From: an uncultured SAR86 cluster bacterium
GTDB lineage: Bacteria; Pseudomonadota; Gammaproteobacteria; Magnimaribacterales; AG-339-G14
Assembly (NCBI GenBank): GCA_902527995.1
Contig: CABZRA010000001.1
Location: 20,923-84,922 of the forward strand
Direction: 5' to 3'
Length of the DNA stretch: 64,000 bases
The position numbers and the translations under genes were made by a program. The notes beneath the pieces are model-generated. The model worked only from the letters and a program-made list of their open reading frames with translations. It searched no databases and was not told the origin of the DNA. Below, piece after piece: positions 35,410 through 45,748 of this stretch; the first letter of the stretch is position 1; every line of letters starts with the position of its first letter.

Positions 35410-37545
35410 CTATTCTTGTAAGTCCTTATTTTGTAATCGGAAAACAGACAACACTGGACCTAATCTTCTTAGCTTTCTCATAATTCTTGCTAGGTGATCT
35501 CTATCGGTAACATTCATTACAATATACATTTGAATGCTATTTCCTATGGGTGTATCTGTTTTAAAACTTTCTATGTTAGCTTGATAGTTTGAAATTACTG
35601 TAGAAATTTCAGCTAAGAGTCCTGGTTTGTCTTCTGACAGTACTTTAATCTCAACCGAAAAATCACCCTCTACTTTTTCATCCCAATTAACTTGTGCACA
35701 CAATGCCGGATCTTTTCTAATTGATCTAATGTTTTTACATCGTTCCGTATGAATCACTATTCCTTTTGTATTTGAAAAGTGAGCTATGATGTTATCTCCA
35801 GGTATAGGCCTGCAGCAAGTAGCATATGATATCGCTAAACCTTCAGAGCCACTGATTTGTATATTTGATAATTCGATAAGGTCAGATTGATCAAAGTCTA
35901 AAAATTGAATTATTTGATGAGCCACAACCAAACTCGATCTTTTTCCTGAGCCAATTTCCTCAAATAGTTCTCTGACACTTTTGACATTTATGGAGGTAAG
36001 AAGCTTATCCATTCTATTTTTTGGAATATTTCTTAATTTTATTTCATGAGGCGCCAACGCTTGCTCTAGTATGGATTTGCCTAACTTTCTAGCCTTGGAA
36101 AGCTTTAAATCTCTCAAATTATTTCTAATTGAGCTCCTGGCTCTTGAGGTCCTTACAAATTCTAACCACGAAGAATTAGCTTGAGGGATGTTATCTGTAA
36201 TGATGCTAATTGTTTGCCCGCTTTCAAGGGGAACGTTAATTGGAGCTAAATTCTTATTAATTCTGCAGCCTCGACAATGGATTCCAATATCCGAATGAAC
36301 AGCAAAAGCAAAGTCTATGGGAGTAGATCCCTTAGGAAGTTCGATTATGTCTCCTTTTGGAGTAAAAACATATATTTCATTAGGTACGAGGCCTGTTTTA
36401 ACTATTTCGATGAAATCTTGAGGATCGTCGACATTTTTTTTAACCTCCATAAGCGTGTTGACCCATCTCTTCGCTCGAACTTGAGCAGGATTTTCTTTAT
36501 TACCGGTCTTATAAATCCAATGTGCAGCAATTCCATACTCTGCAAGCTCATCCATATCATTTGTTCTAATCTGTACTTCTATTGGCAGACCATCAAAGGT
36601 AATAATTCCAGTGTGGATTGATTGATAAGAGTTTGATTTAGGAATAGCTATGTAATCTTTGAATCTTCCTTCAATAGGTTTAAATGAATTATGCAAAATA
36701 CCTAAAGCTTTATAACAATCCATCACAGAATTTGTTGTAATTTTAAAAGCATATACATCTAGGACTTGATCTAAACTTTTTGTTTGAGTTTTCATTTTTT
36801 TGAATATCCCATAAAGATGTTTAACCCTTCCATTAACTTGACTGTTAAGTTCATATTCGTTTAATTTTTCTTTTATTGAACTTTCTATTTTCCTCAAGAT
36901 TTTTTTTCTTCCTTTAGTATTTTTTTTGATAGCGTTTTTTAAGACTTTATTTTTATAGGGATGAATAACTTCAAACGCTAAATCTTCCAATTCTCTATAG
37001 AATTGATGCATACCTAATCTATGGGCAATAGGTGCATAGATTTCTAAAGTTTCTGTTGCAATTCTTTTTTGTTTGTCTTTATTTAAATATTTAAGTGTTC
37101 GCATATTGTGAAGTCTGTCTGCTAGTTTCAGGACAATTACACGAATATCCTTAGACATTGCTAAAAGCATTTTTTGAAAGTTTTCAGCCTGTTCTTCTTG
37201 TTTTGAAGTAAGAGATATTTTGTCGAGTTTGCTAACCCCATCTACTAAGTTAGCAACATCAACGTTAAATTCGTTTTTTAAATATGACTTAGGTATACCA
37301 GAATCTTCAATGACATCGTGAAGAATAGCAGCAGTAAGACAATCTCCATCCATTTTAAAATCTGCTAAGATTTTTGCTACAGCAATTGGATGAGAAACAT
37401 AGGGATCTCCGCTGGATCTAAATTGTCCTGAATGAGCATTGGAAGCATAAAAAAAAGCCTTTTTGACTTGTTCGAGTTGCTTATCGTCTAAATACTCGCT
37501 CAAACTTGAAGATAACTTGGAAATTGATTTAGTTTCTGCTGTCAT
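35410..37545 (-). CDS. spoT: Bifunctional (p)ppGpp synthetase/hydrolase
   Basis: HD hydrolase motifs (HPIAVA, LHDVIEDS). Synthetase domain (YRSIHT-like SYQSIHTGI). TGS and ACT C-terminal domains. Lies downstream of rpoZ. Confidence 0.93.
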   Translation of the reverse strand: MTAETKSISKLSSSLSEYLDDKQLEQVKKAFFYASNAHSGQFRSSGDPYVSHPIAVAKILADFKMDGDCLTAAILHDVIEDSGIPKSYLKNEFNVDVANLVDGVSKLDKISLTSKQEEQAENFQKMLLAMSKDIRVIVLKLADRLHNMRTLKYLNKDKQKRIATETLEIYAPIAHRLGMHQFYRELEDLAFEVIHPYKNKVLKNAIKKNTKGRKKILRKIESSIKEKLNEYELNSQVNGRVKHLYGIFKKMKTQTKSLDQVLDVYAFKITTNSVMDCYKALGILHNSFKPIEGRFKDYIAIPKSNSYQSIHTGIITFDGLPIEVQIRTNDMDELAEYGIAAHWIYKTGNKENPAQVRAKRWVNTLMEVKKNVDDPQDFIEIVKTGLVPNEIYVFTPKGDIIELPKGSTPIDFAFAVHSDIGIHCRGCRINKNLAPINVPLESGQTISIITDNIPQANSSWLEFVRTSRARSSIRNNLRDLKLSKARKLGKSILEQALAPHEIKLRNIPKNRMDKLLTSINVKSVRELFEEIGSGKRSSLVVAHQIIQFLDFDQSDLIELSNIQISGSEGLAISYATCCRPIPGDNIIAHFSNTKGIVIHTERCKNIRSIRKDPALCAQVNWDEKVEGDFSVEIKVLSEDKPGLLAEISTVISNYQANIESFKTDTPIGNSIQMYIVMNVTDRDHLARIMRKLRRLGPVLSVFRLQNKDLQE

Positions 37546-37590
37546 ACAGAAAGTTTAACAAATTTATTTAATTATCTGACCATTAGGTAA

Positions 37591-37848
37591 TTAGTCTTCG
37601 TCAGATTGAAGTTGTTCTGAAAATTCTTCTTCCAGTGCATCAAAATTGAAACTGTCAATATTTTCTAAGGTAACGTTACCTGCTGCAATTTCTCTTAAAG
37701 CAATTACAGTTGGTTTATCGTCATCAGGCTCCACAGTAGGCTCTCTGCCGTCAACCGCGAGCTGTTTAACTCTTTTTGCAGCAAGTTTTACCATCTCATA
37801 TCGATTTGGTATTTGCTTCAAACAATCTTCAACTGTAATTCTGGCCAT
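37591..37848 (-). CDS. rpoZ: DNA-directed RNA polymerase subunit omega
   Basis: [30 protein letters not shown]. Confidence 0.95.
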   Translation of the reverse strand: MARITVEDCLKQIPNRYEMVKLAAKRVKQLAVDGREPTVEPDDDKPTVIALREIAAGNVTLENIDSFNFDALEEEFSEQLQSDED

Positions 37849-37880
37849 AAAGAGATCGGATTCTACTCAATATTATTGGT

Positions 37881-38504
37881 TTAATCTAGTAAGTTTTTTA
37901 AAAGATTTTCAGTAACTCGAGTTTTAAATTCTTTTTTAGAAGTTTTTTCTAAAATTATATTTTTTAAATCCGATAAAGCATTTTCAAAGTCGTCGTTAAG
38001 AACTAAATAATCATAAAAAGGGTACTTAGATATTTCTTCTTTAGCTGCTGATAAGCGCATAGTTATCGACTCTTCTGACTCTGTGCCTCTTTTTTCAAGT
38101 CTACTTCTTAGAATATTATAGGAGGGCGGTATGAGAAAAATATTCTTTACCGAAGTAAATTTTTCCTTGATATTAAAAGCACCTTGCCAGTCTAATTCTA
38201 ATAAAATGTCTCTTGTCTTTAATAATTCTTCAGTTATTTTTTTATCTGTTCCATAAAAATTTTTGAAAACTTCTGCAGATTCCAAGAAATCATTATTCTT
38301 AATTTTTTTCTTAAATTCATCGATATCAATGAAGTAATAATTTTTGCCATTTTTTTCGTTAGATCTTTTCGTTCTTGTTGTAAAAGAAATTGATAAACTC
38401 AATTTTTCTGCACTAGGGTCAGACAAAAGAGCTTCAATAAGACTAGACTTACCTCCTCCAGAAGGGCTTGAGATTACAAAAAGATTATTTAAGTTTTTAT
38501 CCAT
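37881..38504 (-). CDS. gmk: Guanylate kinase
   Basis: P-loop SSPSGGGKSSL, then TTRTKRSNEKNGKNYYF. I prefer the ATG at 38504 to the TTG at 38537, which would overlap pyrE. Confidence 0.92.
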   Translation of the reverse strand: MDKNLNNLFVISSPSGGGKSSLIEALLSDPSAEKLSLSISFTTRTKRSNEKNGKNYYFIDIDEFKKKIKNNDFLESAEVFKNFYGTDKKITEELLKTRDILLELDWQGAFNIKEKFTSVKNIFLIPPSYNILRSRLEKRGTESEESITMRLSAAKEEISKYPFYDYLVLNDDFENALSDLKNIILEKTSKKEFKTRVTENLLKNLLD

Positions 38505-38531
38505 TAAGAAAGTGTCTAGAATATCAAATAT

Positions 38532-39095
38532 ATGCAATCTTTTTTAGAAAAAGCTGAAGAACTCAACGCTATAAAATTTGGGGATTTCACTTTAAAATCT
38601 GGTATAAAAAGTAAGTATTTTTTTGATATTTCTAAATTTTTCGATAATAGTTCTTTATCTATCTTATCCAAACATTATGTTGAATTGATTCTTAAAAATA
38701 ATTTAGATTTTAATTGTATGTTTGGACCTGCTTATAAAGGAATTCCACTTACTGCTGCTGTGAGCTTAGAATACTTTAATAAAACTGGAAGACAAATAAG
38801 CTTGGCTTTTGATAGGAAAGAAGCAAAACTTCATGGAGAAGGTGGGAATTTCATCGGAAATTTAGAAGGAAAACAGGTTTTAATAATTGATGATGTTTTA
38901 ACCGCAGGAACCGCAATCAAAGGAACAGTTGATTATTTAAAAAAAAATAACGCAACATTAGTTGCCGCATTAGTTGCTTTTGATCGCGAAGAAAAAAACA
39001 AATCTGGAAATTTATATAAATCATTATTAACACAAGACGGAATTAATATTTATTCTATTGCTAAATTTTCTGACTTAGACTTAAAAAATGTTTAG
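38532..39095 (+). CDS. pyrE: Orotate phosphoribosyltransferase
   Basis: FGDFTLKSGIKSKYFFD, GPAYKGIPL and the PRPP-binding loop VLIIDDVLTAGTA. Confidence 0.92.
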   Translation: MQSFLEKAEELNAIKFGDFTLKSGIKSKYFFDISKFFDNSSLSILSKHYVELILKNNLDFNCMFGPAYKGIPLTAAVSLEYFNKTGRQISLAFDRKEAKLHGEGGNFIGNLEGKQVLIIDDVLTAGTAIKGTVDYLKKNNATLVAALVAFDREEKNKSGNLYKSLLTQDGINIYSIAKFSDLDLKNV

Positions 39096-39681
39096 TGGAA
39101 TTGTTCAAGAGTATTCAAAATCTGTTTTAAAAGACACAAAACCTTACGGTTTAAGTTTGTCTATAAAAGTTACAAAAAAATTTACTAAAGGTCTTAAAAA
39201 AGGAGATAGTGTTGCTGTAAATGGAGTTTGCTTAACAGTGAAAAAATTTAAACCTGGACAAATATATTTTGATGTAATTCATGAATCATTAAAACTAACA
39301 AATTTAAATAATTTAGACTCAAAAGTACCTGCTAATTTAGAAAGATCATTGAAGCTTGGAGATGAAATAGGTGGTCATTTAGTTTCTGGACATATTCATA
39401 CCAAGGCAAAGGTTTTAAGTTTTGAAAAAGGAAAAGAAAACCTTCTTAAAGTTCAACTTCCAAGATCGATTTCTAATTACATTCTGAAAAAAGGGTACGT
39501 AGCAATTAATGGAATCAGTCTTACAGTAGTTAAAGTAAATAGTAAATCGTTTTTAACTTCTATAATTCCTGAAACTCTTGAAAATACTAATCTTAAATTC
39601 ATCCAAGATGGCACAATTGTAAATATAGAGGCTGACCAACAGACGGTGACGATTGTAGAAACCTTGAAAAAATTAAGATAA
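39088..39681 (+). CDS. ribE: Riboflavin synthase
   Basis: MFSGIVQE, VAVNGVCLTV and the repeated AINGISLTV lumazine-binding motifs. Confidence 0.92.
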   Translation: MFSGIVQEYSKSVLKDTKPYGLSLSIKVTKKFTKGLKKGDSVAVNGVCLTVKKFKPGQIYFDVIHESLKLTNLNNLDSKVPANLERSLKLGDEIGGHLVSGHIHTKAKVLSFEKGKENLLKVQLPRSISNYILKKGYVAINGISLTVVKVNSKSFLTSIIPETLENTNLKFIQDGTIVNIEADQQTVTIVETLKKLR

Positions 39682-40122
39682 AAGTTTTTTAACCAACCCA
39701 CTTGCAATTCCAGCGTCAGCCTTACCAGTAATTTTTGGTTTTAACACACCCATTACTTTGCCCATATCTTTTACTGATTCTGCATTAACTTCTTCAATAA
39801 TTTCATCAATCAATGCTGATAACTCTTCTTCGGTTAATTGCTCTGGAAGATAATTTTGGATTATTTCAATTTCATCTTTTTCTTTTTGGGCTAATTCCAG
39901 TCGATTCGCAGTTTCAAATTGAGAAATTGAATCTTTTCTTTGTTTTATCATTTTTGTAAGAATTTCCAATGCTTCGTTGTCGGTTAAAGTTTTTGCTTTA
40001 TTTTTTTCTTCTAACTTTAAAGCCGAAACTATTAATCTGAGCGTAGAGGCTTTAAATTTTTCACCCGATTTGAGCGAATTTTTTACTTCTTCTTGAATAG
40101 AAGATAATAATACTTCGGACAT
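39673..40122 (-). CDS. GatB/YqeY-domain protein
   Basis: LKSGEKFKASTLRLIVSALK...DSISQF....R.ELAQKEKDEIEIIQNYLP. Lies downstream of rpsU. Confidence 0.85.
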   Translation of the reverse strand: MSEVLLSSIQEEVKNSLKSGEKFKASTLRLIVSALKLEEKNKAKTLTDNEALEILTKMIKQRKDSISQFETANRLELAQKEKDEIEIIQNYLPEQLTEEELSALIDEIIEEVNAESVKDMGKVMGVLKPKITGKADAGIASGLVKKLLS

Positions 40123-40128
40123 GAATTT

Positions 40129-40347
40129 TTAGAAGCGAGCCCTTAGGGGCGGCATAGTACCCATTTTTCTTCTTTTTGAAGCTCTTTTAACGGCTGCAGC
40201 AGCTTTTCTTTTTCTGACAGAAGTGGGTTTTTCGTAAAATTCTCTCTTTCTCACTTCAGCAATTACGCCAGCTTTATCACAAGACCTTTTAAAACGTCTT
40301 AGTCCTGCATCAAAAGACTCTGTATCTTTAAGTTTTATTATTGGCAT
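40129..40347 (-). CDS. rpsU: 30S ribosomal protein S21
   Basis: [48 protein letters not shown], starting from the ATG at 40347. Confidence 0.95.
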   Translation of the reverse strand: MPIIKLKDTESFDAGLRRFKRSCDKAGVIAEVRKREFYEKPTSVRKRKAAAAVKRASKRRKMGTMPPLRARF

Positions 40348-40431
40348 ATCGTTTAGGTTCGCAATTCTATCTATCAAATTGAAATAATGCAAAATATTTG
40401 GATGACGTTTTTGATCTGTTATGATTGAAAA

Positions 40432-41454
40432 ATGCTTGTGTTAGGGATTGAAACTTCATGTGATGAGACTGGAATTGCTTTGTACGATGGTACCAATAAT
40501 AAAATCGTATTTGAATGTCTTTACAGCCAAGCGGATAAACATTCTTTGTATGGTGGTGTGGTTCCAGAGCTAGCAGCTAGAGATCACGTGAATAAATTTT
40601 TACCTCTTTTAAAAAAAGGCTTAAGTGACTCAGGATGTTGTTTGAAAGAAATTGACGCCATTGCTTACACCAAAGGTCCTGGCTTAAGAGGGCCGCTTAT
40701 GGTGGGAGCTTCTTTTGCAAAGTCTCTTGGATTTGCTCTAAATAAACCTGTGATAGCTGTACATCATATGGAAGCTCATTTGCTGATGGCTAAATATGAT
40801 GCTCCAGAATTGGTCTATCCTTTTCTTACTTTATTAGTTTCCGGTGGTCATACCATCTTGGCAAAAGTTGATAAATCCGGATCTTATAAAATCCTAGGTC
40901 AAACAATAGACGATGCTGTTGGAGAGGCCTTTGATAAAACTGCAAAAATGTTGGGCCTAAAATATCCGGGGGGGCCAGAGATAGAAAAAAGATCCATACA
41001 AGGTAAAAGTATGAATTTTAGTTTTCCTAGACCAGTAATAAATTCAGATGATTATAATTTTAGTTTTAGCGGTTTGAAAACGTCTGTTTTATATAAGATC
41101 AATTCATTAAAAAAAGAAGGAAATCTTTCCGAGGACCTAATTTCAAATGTCTGTTTCGAATTTCAAAATGCTGTAATTGATTGCTTGCTTCACAAGACAA
41201 AAAAAGCTTTAAAAGATTTTAGTTTAAATCAGGTTGTTCTCTCAGGAGGAGTTGCAGCAAATAAAGAGTTAAGAAGAAGATTCTCAAAAGAGTTAGGGGA
41301 GGAATATTCTGCAATCTATCCTGATTTTTCTCACTGTACTGATAATGGAACGATGATAGCTTTTACAGGTTTTGAAAAACTTAACCTTTACAAAGAAGAT
41401 AATAAAATTTTTGTGAATCCAAGATGGAGTTTGGAGGAGATAGCAAATGGATAA
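40432..41454 (+). CDS. tsaD: tRNA N6-adenosine threonylcarbamoyltransferase
   Basis: [27 protein letters not shown] and GVAANKELR. Divergent from rpsU, as in most Gammaproteobacteria. Confidence 0.95.
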   Translation: MLVLGIETSCDETGIALYDGTNNKIVFECLYSQADKHSLYGGVVPELAARDHVNKFLPLLKKGLSDSGCCLKEIDAIAYTKGPGLRGPLMVGASFAKSLGFALNKPVIAVHHMEAHLLMAKYDAPELVYPFLTLLVSGGHTILAKVDKSGSYKILGQTIDDAVGEAFDKTAKMLGLKYPGGPEIEKRSIQGKSMNFSFPRPVINSDDYNFSFSGLKTSVLYKINSLKKEGNLSEDLISNVCFEFQNAVIDCLLHKTKKALKDFSLNQVVLSGGVAANKELRRRFSKELGEEYSAIYPDFSHCTDNGTMIAFTGFEKLNLYKEDNKIFVNPRWSLEEIANG

Positions 41455-41803
41455 AGTATTCATCAAAGATCTGGAAGTAGAAACAATAATTGGAATTTTT
41501 GGCTGGGAACGCGAAGTCAAACAGAAAGTTAGAATCAGCATGGAAATGAGTTTTGATATATCTAAGGCTGGAAAATCAGATGAAATAGACGATGCGCTAG
41601 ATTACAAAAAACTAGGCAAATCAGTTATAAATTTAGTTTCAAATTCTTCTTTCTTTTTAGTTGAAAAAATGGCGGAAGAAATAGCTAAATTAGTTCTTAA
41701 GAATAAAAACATATCTGAATTAAGATTACGTGTTGAAAAGCCAGGAGCATTAAGAGGTTCAAAGTCAGTAGGAGTTGAAATTTTAAGATGTCAAAAAACA
41801 TAG
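41447..41803 (+). CDS. folB: Dihydroneopterin aldolase
   Basis: [27 protein letters not shown]...DYKKL...LVEKMAEEIA. Confidence 0.88.
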   Translation: MDKVFIKDLEVETIIGIFGWEREVKQKVRISMEMSFDISKAGKSDEIDDALDYKKLGKSVINLVSNSSFFLVEKMAEEIAKLVLKNKNISELRLRVEKPGALRGSKSVGVEILRCQKT

Positions 41804-42273
41804 AAATATCAATTAGTTTAGGAAGTAATATTGATCCTAAAAAAAATCTTATTGAAGCGAACGCATTAATCAAAAGGAAATTTAGTTTTTTAAATTCTTC
41901 AAATATTTACTCTAGTAAATCTGCTGGATTCGTAGGAAATGATTTTCTCAATCAAGTTACTGTTTGTTCAACAAATCTCAAATTTGAAAAAGTGATTACC
42001 ACATTAAAAACAATAGAATCATCCATGGGGAGAAAAAAAGAAAAAGAGAAATTTTCTGACAGATTGATAGATTTAGATCTTTTGACATATGGCAACGAAA
42101 TTATTGATAATTTTGGAAAAGAAGTACCTCACAAAGATATAGAAAAGTATTCATTTGTTTTAGTTCCTTTAGCAGAAGTCTTACCTAATAACATTCACCC
42201 AAAACTAGGAATGACTTTTACAGAATTATTAAAAACTAAAAATTTTGATTCTGAAGTTACAAAAATCTATTAA
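41788..42273 (+). CDS. folK: 2-amino-4-hydroxy-6-hydroxymethyldihydropteridine pyrophosphokinase
   Basis: ISLGSNI, the RLIDLDLL motif and PHKDIEKYSFVLVPLAEV. Confidence 0.88.
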   Translation: MSKNIEISISLGSNIDPKKNLIEANALIKRKFSFLNSSNIYSSKSAGFVGNDFLNQVTVCSTNLKFEKVITTLKTIESSMGRKKEKEKFSDRLIDLDLLTYGNEIIDNFGKEVPHKDIEKYSFVLVPLAEVLPNNIHPKLGMTFTELLKTKNFDSEVTKIY

Positions 42274-43838
42274 ATTTCTTCGCCAAGACTCCTAGCTTTG
42301 CTAAGTAAGTTATCTTCTTCTTGCTTTAGGTTAATGCAAGCAATAGATATAAAAATTACAGGAATAATTAAAACAATTAGAACAAGAGCCATTGACAGTC
42401 TTAAGCCGTCTCCACTCGTCATACCCTGGTTAAAAAATACGTCACTCAATTGGCCCACAGTGTAGGGCCCTAAAGCAAGTCCTATCATACTTAAAGTTAG
42501 AATGAAAAATGCAGCAGCCATTCCTCTCATCCTAGGTAAAACTAAGTCTGTGACTGTTGAAGCTGCACATCCTAAATATGATGCACTAACTAAGTGATAT
42601 AAAAAATTCCAAACAAGCGAGAGATTTGTATTTGACGTATAGATAAAACCTAAACAAGTAATTGCAGTTAAAAAACATGCAGCAATAATTAAGTAGAGCT
42701 TAGCATTTACATATTTGACTCTTAATTTATCTCCTAGGTAACCACCGCCAACAACTCCTAAAAAGGAGCCCACAATTGTAAGAATTCCTATAAGCAATCC
42801 AATTTCAGATGCTTCCATACCGTGATTTCTGATGTAGAAAGCTGGTTGAAATGCTGTATAGCCATAACTCACAAAAGGAAGAAAAGGAACTGAAATTAAA
42901 GAAAATAATAAAGCCTTATTTTTAAACATTATCTCAAAAGCAACTCTGTCTCTAGTTTTAAGAGTTTGGATCCAAGAAAAAACTAAGTAAGCTCCAACCC
43001 CCCAAGCCGTCCATTGAAGAAAATCTTCAGTAAATTTATATAAATAAAAGCAACTAAGAAAAAGTATAAAACCCATAATAAAATTGAATAACAATTTATT
43101 GAGCAAGTTCTTTGAACCTATAAGCGATAAAGGCGTAAGACCTAAAAATTCTTTAAAAGTATCAAAAAAAGGAGAACTACTAGGTTTTGTTTCAATTCCT
43201 TCACTCAAGCCTCTCTTCGGTTCTCTTATAAATGCATATGTAATAACTGCTAACACAATTCCTGGAAAGCCAACGGCCATAAACGCAACTTGCCACCCTT
43301 TAAGACCAAAAGGAGCAAGCGTTGCATCTGGATACCAACCATTCCACGTATCCAAAATCGATCCCCCTAAAAAAAGTCCTATTCCTGCACCGATGTATAG
43401 TCCGCTGGAATAAATAGCTAAAACTGTAGCCCTCACTTTGGGTGAAAAATAATCGGACAATAAAGAATAAGCAGCAGGGGAGGCGGTAGATTCGCCAATT
43501 CCTACTCCAAATCTATAGATTGATAGAGCAAAAAAAGATTTTGCTAAACCTGAAAGAAACGTCATCAAGCTCCAAAATGCTAATCCAATACTTATTAGAT
43601 TTTTTCTATTCCATGTATCGGCAAGTTTTCCCATTGGAATTCCTACTACTGAATAAAAAACACCAAAAGCCGTGCCGAAAAGAAAACCAATGTCACTATC
43701 AGAAATACCCAGATCGGCTTTAATGTCCTCTGCAAGAATGGTGAGAATTTGCCTATCAATAAAATTAAATATGTAAACTACAACCAAAAGACAAAGTGCT
43801 ACTTTTGCGTTGAATCCTCCAACTTTATTCTTATCCAT
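42270..43838 (-). CDS. MFS transporter (Spinster-like)
   Basis: ~12 or more TM segments. The MFS signature GKLADTWNRKNLI sits between TM2 and TM3. Confidence 0.8.
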   Translation of the reverse strand: MDKNKVGGFNAKVALCLLVVVYIFNFIDRQILTILAEDIKADLGISDSDIGFLFGTAFGVFYSVVGIPMGKLADTWNRKNLISIGLAFWSLMTFLSGLAKSFFALSIYRFGVGIGESTASPAAYSLLSDYFSPKVRATVLAIYSSGLYIGAGIGLFLGGSILDTWNGWYPDATLAPFGLKGWQVAFMAVGFPGIVLAVITYAFIREPKRGLSEGIETKPSSSPFFDTFKEFLGLTPLSLIGSKNLLNKLLFNFIMGFILFLSCFYLYKFTEDFLQWTAWGVGAYLVFSWIQTLKTRDRVAFEIMFKNKALLFSLISVPFLPFVSYGYTAFQPAFYIRNHGMEASEIGLLIGILTIVGSFLGVVGGGYLGDKLRVKYVNAKLYLIIAACFLTAITCLGFIYTSNTNLSLVWNFLYHLVSASYLGCAASTVTDLVLPRMRGMAAAFFILTLSMIGLALGPYTVGQLSDVFFNQGMTSGDGLRLSMALVLIVLIIPVIFISIACINLKQEEDNLLSKARSLGEEI

Positions 43839-43954
43839 ATTTAAATTTTTCGACTTTTTTCCCTAATTTATAAAGCCTTTGAAGTAAGAAACAATAAGTA
43901 ATCTGTTTCAAAAATTAAAAAAAATTTAAATTTCACTCCAACTCCCTAAGTTTT

Positions 43955-45004
43955 CTATTTTACAAATGTCCAACCTAAATCAGCTAGCATTAGAGTCTGC
44001 GGGAATAACTTATCTGCGTCTTTGCCCGCAGCAGTTCCATCTCTAACTCTACCTGTTATGCCCTGTAATATAGCAGCTAACTTAAACATACTAAAAGCCA
44101 TATAGGTGTTCCATTCATTTTCACTAATTTCAAATTCAGAATTTTCTACGTACATCTCAACGTATTTGTTTAAATCTGGAATATTTAAGTCTTTGCATTT
44201 TTGGGGGTCAGACAAAATAGGATTTATAAAATATTGCAAACAGTGATAACTAAAATCTGCAACAGGATCGCCGAGCGTTGAAAGTTCCCAGTCCAAGATG
44301 GATGCAATCTTATTATTTTTTGTGTTCACAATTACATTAGTTAAGCTAAAGTCTCCATGCACTAATCTAGTTGGTTTCTCTGAAGGAAGATTTTCTGGTA
44401 ACCAATCAATTAAATTGTTCATTGATGATATTTCCTCTGTTTCCGAATTTCGGTATTGTTTGGTCCATCTGGAAACTTGACGTGCAACATAATTTCCAGG
44501 TTTTCCAAAATTTTCTAATCCTACTTTGAAAGGATCGACAGAATGTAGGTTTGCCATAGTTTCATTCATTGATGCATAAATTTCGAATCTATCTGATTTA
44601 GTGCCATGAGGTATATGCGATTCCCAAATAACCGTTCCATCAATATATTCCATTACAAAAAATTCAGTGCCAATCAAGTTTTCATCTTCACAATGAATAT
44701 AAGCTTTTGGCACAGGAACATCCGTTTTGTTTAGGGCTGAAATAACTTCAAATTCTCTTTCTACTGCATGAGCAGTTTTGAGTAAAATGCCAGGAGGCTT
44801 CCTTCTGAGAACATAAGATGAATTTTCTGTTTTTAAAAGATAAGTAGGGTTGGACTGACCTCCTATAAATTCCTCTATTTTTAATGGACCAGAAAAGTCA
44901 GGAATTTTTTTTTCAAGGTATTCAGAAAGAATAGATGAATCTATGAAATGTTTTTTTGACATCTCTTTTGTCCCATTCATCTCACCTTCAACCTTCTTAA
45001 TCAT
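43955..45004 (-). CDS. APH-fold phosphotransferase (ACAD10/11-N-terminal-like kinase), substrate unknown
   Basis: GGQSNPTYLL...YVLRRKPPG nucleotide-binding region, the LVHGDFSLTNV catalytic loop and ILDWELSTLGDP. The start could instead be an internal ATG (M9 or M16). Confidence 0.75.
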   Translation of the reverse strand: MIKKVEGEMNGTKEMSKKHFIDSSILSEYLEKKIPDFSGPLKIEEFIGGQSNPTYLLKTENSSYVLRRKPPGILLKTAHAVEREFEVISALNKTDVPVPKAYIHCEDENLIGTEFFVMEYIDGTVIWESHIPHGTKSDRFEIYASMNETMANLHSVDPFKVGLENFGKPGNYVARQVSRWTKQYRNSETEEISSMNNLIDWLPENLPSEKPTRLVHGDFSLTNVIVNTKNNKIASILDWELSTLGDPVADFSYHCLQYFINPILSDPQKCKDLNIPDLNKYVEMYVENSEFEISENEWNTYMAFSMFKLAAILQGITGRVRDGTAAGKDADKLFPQTLMLADLGWTFVK

Positions 45005-45028
45005 GACTTCTATTATTTTTAAATTATC

Positions 45029-45748
45029 TTAATTTAGAGATCTTCCGCCATCAACTCTAAGAATTTGTCCAGTAATGTACTTATTTTGACTGAGATAAAA
45101 AACAGCAGATGAAATATCTTCTTCTTTTCCAATTCTTCCGAGTGGTATGTTAGAGACAAGAGTTTCCTCGTCAGAAGACCCATCTGAGGGCAATAATATT
45201 GCCCCTGGAGCAACAGCATTTACTCTTATTTCTGGAGCTAATTCTTTTGCAAGAGATTTCGTAAGAGTTTCTAAACCTCCTTTTGCAACTGAATATATCG
45301 AGTAGTCCTTCATTCCTCTAATAATCATTGCATCAGATAAATTGATTACGGTACCTAAGTTTTGTTTAAGACAACTTGCAAAATATTTAACGATGATTAG
45401 GGGCCCTTTGACATTTGAATTTATAAGATCATCCCAATCATTTAAATTGTCTTCATCGAGAGGAGTTGAAAAAAAAGAAGAAGCGTTATTAATTAATACA
45501 TCCAATTTACCGTATTTTTTCAAAATACTTTCGCAAAATGAGTTGTAATTTCCATAATCATTAAGGTCAAATTTTACTGTTTCTACTGAGTTAGCCCGAA
45601 CAGAATTTAATTCTTTTTTTAAATTTTCAGCTTCTTCGTCTGAAGAATTGTAATGACAAATTATAGAGAATCCGTTCTCATGAAATTTTTTACAGATCGA
45701 TTTACCTATTCTTTTTGCTCCACCTGTGACTAATGCTACTTTATTCAT
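45029..45748 (-). CDS. Pteridine/dihydrofolate reductase-type SDR (FolM/PTR1-like)
   Basis: VALVTGGAKRIG is the TGGxxRIG variant typical of pteridine reductases. Also NNAS, the YSVAKGG catalytic Y-x-x-x-K and VDGGRSL. Confidence 0.7.
   Translation of the reverse strand: MNKVALVTGGAKRIGKSICKKFHENGFSIICHYNSSDEEAENLKKELNSVRANSVETVKFDLNDYGNYNSFCESILKKYGKLDVLINNASSFFSTPLDEDNLNDWDDLINSNVKGPLIIVKYFASCLKQNLGTVINLSDAMIIRGMKDYSIYSVAKGGLETLTKSLAKELAPEIRVNAVAPGAILLPSDGSSDEETLVSNIPLGRIGKEEDISSAVFYLSQNKYITGQILRVDGGRSLN

Noticed and set aside
43839-43954. 116-nt spacer upstream of the MFS transporter and 106-nt spacer (26699-26804) upstream of yqiB, considered as possible sRNA or riboswitch locations
   Set aside because: Both are A/T-rich with no stable stems, conserved-looking motifs or terminator. 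They are most simply promoter regions.
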